From positions 62,001-126,000 of the forward strand of contig NW_024704801.1 of assembly GCF_018977255.1 (NCBI RefSeq): a stretch of DNA of 64,000 nt, in the 5' to 3' direction. Below, piece after piece: positions 54,558 through 64,000 of this stretch. The translations under genes and the position numbers were made by a program. The notes beneath the pieces were generated by a model. It was not told the DNA's origin. It made no database searches and was given only the letters and a program-made list of their open reading frames with translations. Position 1 is the first letter of the stretch, and each line of letters opens with the position of its first letter. The stretch is from Callorhinchus milii (Eukaryota).

Positions 54558-56882
54558 TCTCTTCTCTTTTCCTCCCCAGTCAGCGCTGAACGGGGTACAA
54601 ATGGGGAGTGAGTGAGGTTTAACGTCTATGTCCAAAAAGAACTCAAAACCACAAATTTCTGACTCGGAGGCGAGAGAGAGAGAGAGGGAGGGAAGGAGCG
54701 GCTGAGCTGAGTGGAGACCAGGACAAAAACATTGACAACACAGATGCAAAATTATACCCAAGGACGTTGTGCAATGGAGCTCGGCTACTGTCTCCCCCAG
54801 TGAGGGATATGACCAGGGTCTGGGGTAAATTTCCACACAAGGGGATTCCCATTGACAGAGCGAGTGACTAACCTGACAGTCGGGGGGGGTGGGGGGGGAG
54901 AGTGGGGGCTGGGTGGGGGGTGGGGGCGCGGGGAACCCTGTCTGTCTTCACTCCACTTCCTCGTTTCCTGTCTTGACTATTATCATAGTAACATGTCTTC
55001 CTGTTGTTGTCATAAACCTTCTGGGAAAGTGTCTAACAATAATAGTAATAATAATCCTTGCATTTGATATTGCGCCTTATCGGGTCATCGAGACGAGCGA
55101 GAGAGAGAGAGAGAAGTGGGGAAGGTCTCAGGGGGGGAGAGAGAGAGAGAGAGAAGTGGGGAAGGTCTCCGGGGGGGGTGGAAGAGAGAGAGAGAGTGTG
55201 AGGTGCTGAGGAGAGCCCCGTGTTAACCCATGCCCCCAGATTCTCTTCCCCGGCTACGTCTTGACAGAGCCAGGAATCTCGGGGTCAGGCAAACACCACA
55301 CACACACCCATCACAAGTCGGAAAATTATTTGCGGGATAAACAGGAACCAGTACATCAGCCCCTCGCTGTGACCTCCAGATCACAGACCCTGACCCAACA
55401 GATCAGACTGTGTCCCAACACAAGGAGTTATGAGTCATGTCAATATCCCACTGTTTCTCTGGGAGTATTTTCCACACATTATCACACACGCTTTCTGCCA
55501 GACGACCGGGAAAAACTATTATTTTTTCCGCTCAGAGTCTGACCTTCGCAGAAACCCATTACCATGTTCCTAACCAGTCTGAGAATTTCACGTGTGTCTC
55601 CCACCTACGCATTGGAAATTCCGACACGTGGAATGTGCTCTCTCTCTCTCTCTCTCTCTCTCTCGCGCTCTCTCCCTAACCCTAATCCTGATACCTAATT
55701 ACAGAGAGTATTAGGCGCAGGTTGGCAAGAGCCAATGTGGGGCTCACTCCCCACTGGAGCTCTCTACTCTAACCCCATTCCCTGCTCTCTCTCTCTCTCC
55801 CCATCGTGTCTGTCCTGGGGCTTGCTCCCCCACTGGAGCTCTCTACTCTAATCCCTGGCTCACTAGCACTAAACCTTAATCTTTATAAGACTAATTTCTA
55901 AACCCCGATCAATTTATTGGGCTGATATGACATGTGTGACCAATCTCTCCGTGAACACAAACTAACGAATTCCATTGCCTGGAGGAATTTCTGCTAAATT
56001 CCTTCCTTATTTGTGTGTCCGCCTGGTTCTGTCTCTCGCACTCTCACCGCTGAGTCAGGAGGTTGTGGGTTCGTACCCCCACATTGGGGTGTCTGAGCTC
56101 ACAGTTCAGGCTGACACTCCAGTGCGGCTCTGGGGGGAGAGAGAGAGAGGGGGAGAGCGCTGGGGGGAGAGAGAGAGGTAGAGAGAGAAAGGCAGAGAGG
56201 GATGCATTGTCAGAGACACTTCTTCAGATGAAACGTTAAACCTCACTCACTCCCCGTATGGTGGACATTAAAGTTCTCCTGCAGTGCTGTTAGGAAGGGA
56301 GAAGTTTCTCTCTCTCTCTCTCTCTCCCTCTCTCTCTCTCTTGGTATCCTGGCCAACAATCCCACAGGTAAAACCTCTCACTCGCTTCACGGCTGTTTGT
56401 GGGGACGTCGCTGGGCGCAAATTGGCTGCTGCGTTCTCCCCAAACACACGGTCACTACACTTTAGAGCAACAACAACAGCTTGAGTTTATATCTCCCCTT
56501 CACGCAGGGAAGTGTCTCGGAGCCTAGACGGAGCTCAAAGATCCAGACGTGTGGATGGGGCTCGAACCCACAACCTTCCGAAATCACACACAGTAAACCC
56601 GCAGCAAACGATCAGTAAATTCTGCAAAGTGCCTTTGAGATGCCCTCATGATATGAAAAGTAAACGTAAGAATTATAATATTCCATTTATTGCCTGAGGT
56701 TATAAACCTCAAGTCCCAATGTGACCATCATTCCATTCCCAGTGAATACATTCCTTGTCTATGATGCTTCCAATGTACAGAACTTTCTGGAACCTGTACA
56801 TTCCACTGCATATTTAATCAGTCCCTCTGTTCCATGTAACCCAACATCCTTCCTGCTTTATCTTTGGTCAGAAACCCACACG

Positions 56883-57140
56883 TGGAAACCCGTCACCGTG
56901 ACCAGCCGGGTGTCTGACACAGACACACGGAAACCCGTCACCGTGACCAGCCGGGTGTCTGACACACATGGAAACCCGTCACTGTGACCGGCCGGGTGTC
57001 TGACACACATGGAAACCCGTCACTGTGACCGGCCGGGTGTCTGACACACACGGAAACCCGTCACTGTGACCAGCCGGGTGTCTGACACAGACACACGGAA
57101 ACCCATCACCGTGACCGGCCGGGTGTCTGACACACACACA
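56883..57140. repeat. Tandem amplification (~6 copies, 41-45 bp) of the end of an interspersed repeat
   Basis: Unit ggaaacccgtcac[c/t]gtgacc[a/g]gccgggtgtctgacacaca; single copies occur dispersed elsewhere in the window. Confidence 0.9.
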
Positions 57141-58904
57141 GACAGAAACCTAAACATGGAAATCTCCCCATGTCTGGAATAAAATCTTCTCTTTCTCTTT
57201 CTCCCTGGAGGGGCACATTCTGCTCATGTAATTCCGGAGAGTATTAGGCACAGGTTGGCGAGAGCCAAGGCTTGGGGGGAGCCCAGAGTGTGCATTGAGG
57301 TAATTACTGGAGTCTAACCAGCTAAACCCACACATGGCTTGCCATGACAGCGCTGTCTAGCAAGCTTTCCCGCTGCCTGTCCACATAGGACCTCCCTCCC
57401 CGTTAAAGATTTGGTCCGTCGGGTTAACAGGAGCTGAAGGGGAGGTAATGGGGTTAAGGTGAGGGAGGGGATGAGCACACAGCGTGGCTGGGAGAAGCCA
57501 GTCATTCTGTCTGAGGCTGAGCTCTGTGCTGGGCTTTCCATGAGTGAGCGTACACACACACACACACACTCAGTGCCCAGCAGAAGTCGTGGCCTTTTAA
57601 GGCAATGAGATGCTCTCTGTCCAGTCTCATTGTACAGACTGTCAATAGGGAGACAGTGTGTGCGGAGCCACAGTGAGATGATGGGCCAAGTTCTCTGCCC
57701 AATGGCTAAGTCTTTTTTTGGTCAGTCGAGTGTCTAACACATACAGAAACCTACAAGGATGGCTCCTCTGGAATCCTCTCATCCATTTTCAAATGCTTTT
57801 CCTGCCCTCACACCTCCTTACTTCTCCAACCTATTCCCCCCCACCCCCCCACTCCACCACCTTTGATGGGCCGGCTCCCGCCTCCTGTTTATCCTTCGCC
57901 CCCACCGCTCCACGATCGGCGGCCGTGCCTTCAGCCGCTACCCCCCCCCCACCCGAAGCTCTAGAACACTCCCTCAACCCCTCTCTCCCCCCCTCCCTCC
58001 CCACTTTCCTAAAGACCTTCCTTTTTTTGATCGTGCTGACAGTCACCCCCCCCCACTCTCTCTCCCTGGGTCGGGGTCAGTCTCCGCCACTGTCAAGTGC
58101 TCCGGGACTCCACCCCCCGCATGAAGGACGCTGTGTATATGCAAGTTGTTGTTGTTAGACCCAGACCATTCCTTTTCGCCATCGGGCGCAACCCCACAGG
58201 TGCGAAATGCCAACACGACATAGAGCAGCTCTCTATGTGAGAAAAGCAGGACACGATGTCCTGCAGCTGAGCCTGTGTGGCCCATTTCTCCATCAGACAT
58301 CCAGATAAGGTTTATGGCACAATGTGTCCTTCAACCCATCCTGACAGTATTTATAGATCGACAGGAAAACAACCCAGAGAGAGAACACAGATAGCAGCAC
58401 TGTGTGTCTGCCCTCGCCACAAGCTCATACACACACACACGGTTAGTGTCAGGCCTCACAATAACCCTCACAAACTGACAAAGTTCATGGCAGGCGGACA
58501 CAGCATTCACTCTAAAGTGTATTGATTGTGTAGCTCATCGAAGTCCCCGCAAACAGAGAGCGATTTTATCTGTGGGGATTGTCGTCTGGGAGACTGGGAG
58601 AGAAAGAAAAACTCTGTTCTCTTTCCCCCTCCCCGACAGCGCAGCAGGAGATCCTTAACGTCCGCCCCGAACAGGGCTCAGACGGGGAGTGAGTGAGGTT
58701 TATTGCTCCAAATGCAACCCAAACCCAACTGGGTCCAGGTCAAAGTGGTGACGTGTCGCCACCTGCTGGCTGAGGCAAGTCACACCATTCATTCCTGTTG
58801 GCCATTCTGGGAGTCAGCGCTGAATAAGGTCACACCGTTAAAAACAAAATTCGCTATTTTAATCACATTCCCCGCCTCACCCACTCCCCCCCACCCCACC
58901 CCGG

Positions 58905-61175
58905 TCAGGCTGCGGGGGGCAGGCGGAGCCAGTGGAGGCCAAGAGCTGAGCAGGCAGCCCCCAGGAGCAGGGAGGGGCCCCTCATCCCCCCGCTGGAGGT
59001 CACGTCTCGCTTGGCTAAAGTCTCAGGGCTGAAGCGGTCGAGCCAACTCCAGGCTCGCTGGGCAGTGCCATCGCTCAGCTCAGGCCTGAATGTGGGGTGC
59101 TTGTGAGCCCATGATTGCTGGGTGGACTTGGCTGATTGCTGGGTGTGCTGGCGCTTGTGCTTGGAGTTGGGCTGGGGGGCAGGTTGGGTGGGCTTGGCTG
59201 GTCGCTCCGTGGGCTGGGGTTTGGGGGGAAGTTGTGTGGATGTGGTGTCTGGCGAGTTCAGAGACTGAGCCAAATGCTCGATGATCATCTCCTGTGTCCA
59301 GTCCCTGGCGGGCGAAGGGGGCACGAAGGGGATGAAAGGTTTACCCGCGGCCGAGGTGACTCTCCGTATCCAGTCGATGAACTGGGCCACGCTGGTGTGG
59401 ACCTCAGCCGGCTGGCAACTCTCCTCGACGAGGCTCCTCGTGCCCACCAGCACCCAGCGCTGACTGTGTGTGTCCTGGCAAACCAGTGGCCCCCCTGCTT
59501 CTCCCTGTAACACAGAGAATCACAGCGTCCAACACAGTGTGTTCACTTCTCCTGCAACAGAGCAAACCCTCGCTCCCTCCGCTCCACCATCGGCAGCCGC
59601 GCTTTCAGCCACTGCACCCCAAAACTCTGTCACTCCGTCCCACTCGCCCCTTCTTTACCCATCTTCAGATCTGCAAACCTTCCTCCTCGACGGTGCCTAC
59701 AGTCACCTCTCTCCCCGGCTCGGGGTCAGGCTCTGTCACCATGACAGAGCTGTGTACCCGCGAGGCTGATGTTGATGTGACTCACGGTGCAGTTGGGGTT
59801 GGGGTTATGAGTGCAGATCATACTGCTGAGTAGCCTCGGCCCCCAGATCTCCGCACACTGTGTCCTGTTGACGTAGTGAGTCCTCAACTTCTGCAGGAAC
59901 TGGGTATGGCTACCGGGACCTGTGGGCACAGAGCTTGAGGTCACAAATATAATATAATAATAATCCTTGCGATTGGCAGAATTCCACAGCAAAGTGTAGT
60001 GACTGATTATGGACGGACACGCTGCTGTGTCCTGCACTGAGGTGCTTGCTCTCTGGCTCACTCTGTGTTGTGTGTGTGTTTATGTCTCTCTCTCTCTCTC
60101 ACCTTCAGACAGAAGGCTCCAGCCAGACACCCAGCAGTTCTGGATTTCCTGGGGATCGAGGAAGTTGTTGTCGGGGAAGCAAACAGCGGAGACTGAGTTG
60201 CTGAACTTAACGGGGATTCTCAGCTGGAGAAGAGCGATGTCCGCCCGGGAAGACAAGGGCTCATAGTCCTCGTGACAGATTATCTTCCCCACCTCGTGGC
60301 TGACCTTCTGCCCCTTCAGGTCAACCAACCCGACCTGAACACTCAAATTAGCCGCTGCTCTGAAAGATAAAAATAATAATAATCCTTTAGGTTTGACACA
60401 GCGCCTTATCATGTCTTCGAGACGTCTTAAAAGCTCTTCACAGACTACGCTAAAGTCAGTGTGTGTTTCATGGGCAAAACGCGGCAGCCAATTGCGCACA
60501 GCAACATCCCACAAACGGTCGTGGATTGCGTCATCACAGTCACACACACACACAGTCTCACACTTTTTAACTCATGCGCACACTCCAGCCTCACACACAG
60601 TCATACAGACACACTCCAGTCTCACGCACACACACATACACACACACACACAGTGTTTACCTGTTGCTGACACACCGAGCTCCTGTGACGATCCAGACGT
60701 GGCTGATGAGGGAGCCTCCGCACTGATGCTGGCCGCTATGGGTGAGGGAGACCTGCCAGGGGAACTCCCCCAGTCCAGCTCTGTCCCCGGCCTGAGCCAG
60801 AGCAGCCTCCGTCACTCGCTCCCCACACTCTGCAAACACAGGGGTCAGCACCGGCCTGTAAACACACACCTCCCACCAACCCCCCCACCCCCACCCTGCA
60901 CACATACTCACACACCCCACCCCCCCCGCACACAGTCTTTCCTGATCGACCGTGCTTATGGCCACCTCCACCCTCCCTGGGCTCAGAGTCAGGCTCCGCC
61001 GCTGTTAAGCGCTCTGAGCCACTGCCCGGCGTGGCGGGCGCTATGTAAGTGCAAGTTGTTGTTGTTATCTCACTCTATCACACACTCTTCGTGTGCTGTG
61101 CTCACCGTGGCTGCCCTCGCTGGCCCAGCCCACACTGGCCCAGACGAGGATGGCCAGCAGGCAGGGGGCTGGCAT
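58905..61175 (-). CDS. Catalytically inactive trypsin-like protein (pseudoprotease, PRSS54/55-like) with probable GPI signal; ~409 aa
   Basis: Exons 61175-61106 (signal MPAPCLLAILVWASVGWA), 60829-60661 (GEFPWQVSL..CGGSLISHVWIVTGARC), 60359-60103 (ADIALL..CWVSGW), 59919-59786 and 59504-58905 (GEAGGPLVC..DWIRRVT..). GT-AG junctions, 1230 nt uninterrupted; His->Arg and Ser->Ala at the catalytic positions; hydrophobic C-terminus. Confidence 0.88.
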
Positions 61176-61514
61176 GGCGGGCGGTGGGTGCGAGGCAGGT
61201 GCTGGGGTTGTGGAGGGGTGGTGGGGGGTGTCGGTGAGTCGAGGGATCGCCCTCCCCACTCACTGTGACATCATTTTCCCTCTTACACTCCACTGGGAGT
61301 CAGGTTACAACAACAACAGTAATAATCCTGGCGTTGGACCCGGCGCCTCATCACGTCTTTGAGACGCCCTCAAAGCGTCTCAGTGGATACGCGGTGAAGT
61401 GTAGTGACTGTGTGTGTTTTGTGGGCAATCGCCCGCAAACAGTCGTGGACGGTGTGACCAACTTTATTAGTATAATTATTATTATAATTATAATTAATTA
61501 GAGACTTCTCGAAG

Positions 61515-61945
61515 GCGTGATGATGAGTCACTGGGGCAAATCCCTCTATTTTTGCCCCAGGATTATTATTATTATTATTATTTGAGCTGGTTGCTAGGGG
61601 CGGGGCCCAGGCGGCGTCCTCGGTTGCTAGTGGCTGCGGTGAGGCGGGGCCTGATGACGCTTAGAGCGGGTGGAGTCTACGATGACGCTGAGGGCGGAGA
61701 GCGATGATGCTGACAGGGGGCGGAATCTATGGTGACGTTAAGATGGGGGTGGGGTTATGGGGACGCTACGGGTCCCGCGCGACGTGGTGACGCCACGACG
61801 AGGTGAGGAGGCGGGAGTGCGGTGACGCTATGCGGGGGGGGGGCTGATGACGCTATGAGTCCGCGCCGCGCGGTGACGCTGCTACGAGGGAGGGGGTTGA
61901 TGACGCAAAGAGCCTGCGCCGCGCGGTGACGCGGTGAGGCAGTGA
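61515..61945. promoter_or_regulatory. Bidirectional CpG-island promoter (pseudoprotease / PELP1)
   Basis: Start codons 770 bp apart head-to-head; GGGGCGGGG boxes, GTTGCTAG half X-boxes (~61590, ~61623) and nine TGACG motifs. Confidence 0.65.
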
Positions 61946-63896
61946 TGGCGCCGGGAACCATGAGGGCGGCCGCTCCGCTCGCGCTGCTGGACGGTTTGTG
62001 TCAGTTACTGAGGGACCCGGGGCCCCGCCTCCCCGGTCTCCTCCTCCTGCACCGGCTCAGCCAGTGCCGCCCCCAGGTATAGCCCCGCCCCCCCGGAACC
62101 TCCCCCCGACACCGGGCCCAGCGCAGCCCCTCCCCCACATCCACAGGTCCTCACAGCCACACACAACCCCTCCCCCCCACACACACAGCCCCTCTCCCCC
62201 CCACAGCCCCTCCCCCCCACACAGCCCCTCCCCCCCCACACAGCCCCTCTCCCCCCACACACAGCCCCTCCCCCACAGCCACAGGTCCTCACAGCCACAC
62301 ACAACCCCTCCCCCCACACACACAGCCCCTCTCCCCCCCACAGCCACACACAGCCCCTCCCCCCACACACACAGCCCCTCTCCCCCCCCACAGCCCCTCC
62401 CCCCCCCCACAGCCCACACACAGCCCCTCCCCCCCCACACCACACAACCCCTCCCCCCACACACACAGCCCCCTCCCCCCCCACAGCCACACACAGCCCC
62501 TCCCCCCACACACACAGCCCCTCTCCCCCCACAGCCCCTCTCCCCCCCCACAGCCACACACAGCCCCTCCCCCCACACACACAGCCCCTCTCCCCCCCAC
62601 AGCCACACACAGCCCCTCTCCCCCACACACACACAGCCCCTCTCCCCCCCACAGCCCCTCTCCCCCCCCACAGCCCTCTCCCCCCACACACAGCCCCTCC
62701 CCCACACACACACAGCCCCTCTCCCCCCCCACAGCCACACACAGCCCCTCCCCCCCCCACAGGTCCTCACAGCTGCACCCCCCCCCCCCCAGGCATCTCG
62801 GTGACGGGTTTCCGTGTGTGTCAGACACGCGGCCGGTCACGGTGACGGGTTTCCGCGCTGTGACACTGACACGGACGAGTTTGTGTGGGAAATGTTTGTT
62901 TGATCTCTGCCTCGTTTCTCTCTTGCAGAACCCGTCCGATCTCACGGGTCTGATCGCCATCAGCAATGCCCGACTGAGCTCTGTGAAAACCAGGTGAGAG
63001 CGTGAGTGATCCCCCCCCCCCCCCCCCCCCGCTGTCAGGGCATCTCAGTCCAGCACAGGCTCCGGGTCAAACCCCACAATCCCACAGAAAATAATAATAA
63101 ATTGTGCGCAATCAGCTGCTGCGTTTACGGTATACTTTACAGTGTGTCTTGTGAAGCGCTTTGAGACGTCTCGAAGATGTCTATCAAGTGCAAGAATTAT
63201 TATTGTTATTATTCTTAAATTGTATTATATTCTGCTTTTATGGCGCACAATGGTTGCTGATCCTTTGCTTCCTCCCCTCTCTTCCATTCTCTCTCTCTTC
63301 CCCCCACCCCTCTCCACTCCCCTCTTCCCTCTGCCCTCCCCCTCTCCCGCAGACTGGAGGGAGTGTGTCTCCTGGCCCAGCTGGTCGCTGACAGCCCCAC
63401 TGAGATCTTCCAGGATCAGTGTATCTCATGGCTACGAGCTGTGCAGCACATCGTCCAGGTACGTGAGGCCACCCCCGCCCGCCCAGGATCCGCGACCCAC
63501 AGGGAAGATGGCTGCTGTGTGTGTGGGGTGGGGAGGGGGCGGGCTGGCAGGTTGTGTGTAGAGGGTGTGTGTGTGTGTGTGGGGGGTGCAGGTTGGGGTT
63601 TGGGGGCTGTATGTTGGGAGCTATGTGTGCGGATTGGGAGCTTTATGTGGGGGGTGGGGGCTGTGTGTGAGGGCTTGATGCTGTGAGGGGGATGGGGGCT
63701 GTGTGTGTGTGTGGGGGGGTTAACGCTGTAACTATGTACGTAACAGGCCCAGGACCCATTGCCCACAGTGGAGATGGCGGTCTGGGTGTTGAGGGAGTTG
63801 CTCAGATACTCCTCACAGCTGCCGGAGCTGGGCCGTGAGGTGGCCATGAACCACATCCCCAGCCTTGTGTCCTCCCTGCTCAGCCTGAAACCTGAG
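61945..63896 (+). CDS. PELP1: Proline-, glutamic acid- and leucine-rich protein 1 (Rix1 homolog), first four exons; gene continues beyond the window
   Basis: Exons 61945-62076 (MAPGTMRAAAPLALLDGLCQLLRDPGPRLPGLLLLHRLSQCRPQ), 62929-62993 (NPSDLTGLIAISNARLSSVKTR), 63353-63458 (LEGVCLLAQLVADSPTEIFQDQCISWLRAVQHIVQ) and 63747-63896 (AQDPLPTVEMAVWVLRELLRYSSQLPELGREVAMNHIPSLVSSLLSLKPE); GT-AG and in frame; LxxLL motifs. Confidence 0.9.
62125..62790. repeat. C-rich minisatellite in PELP1 intron 1
   Basis: Repeated cacagcccct(ct)ccccccca / cagccacaca units. Confidence 0.85.
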
Positions 63897-64000
63897 GTCA
63901 GTCACTACACCTCCAACACAATCTGTCTGACTCTCTCTCTCTCTCTCTCTATCTCTCTCTAACTGTGTCTCTCTCACTGAAACCAGTAGTCAGTCACTAA

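Noticed and set aside
56883-57140. CRISPR-like regular repeats (also 16400-16875, 37787-37863)
   Set aside because: Head-to-tail units with no unique spacers, no cas genes, eukaryotic context.
48200-58900. TRIM56 or another gene expected upstream of SERPINE1
   Set aside because: No RING/B-box or other recognisable coding exons; the interval is repeats and short ORFs.
61998-62966. Pro/His-rich and Gly/Cys-rich ORFs of 225-268 aa
   Set aside because: Produced by the minisatellite in PELP1 intron 1; the real exon 1 ends at 62076.

Overview
Vertebrate genomic DNA with introns, dense SINE/LINE repeats and four N-gaps. The repeat content (Deu-domain-type and tRNA-headed SINEs with L2-like tails, CR1/L2 remnants) suggests a cartilaginous fish, possibly a holocephalan; this is inference. 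Gene order, from hand-reconstructed GT-AG exon chains: an intact PRSS55/acrosin-like trypsin protease with a Pro-rich tandem tail (-), LRRC55 (+), two head-to-head disrupted NAT16 (histidine N-acetyltransferase) copies, VGF (+), AP1S1 (-), SERPINE1/PAI-1 (-), a catalytically dead, probably GPI-anchored paralog of the first protease (-), and the 5' part of PELP1 (+). Gene names come from recalled protein similarity, not database searches. The most notable observations are the duplicated and decayed NAT16 locus, which no single ORF reveals, the active/dead protease pair bracketing the NAT16-VGF-AP1S1-SERPINE1 block, and the G-rich array abutting a double-CRE VGF promoter. No prokaryotic-type system (CRISPR, operon) is present.
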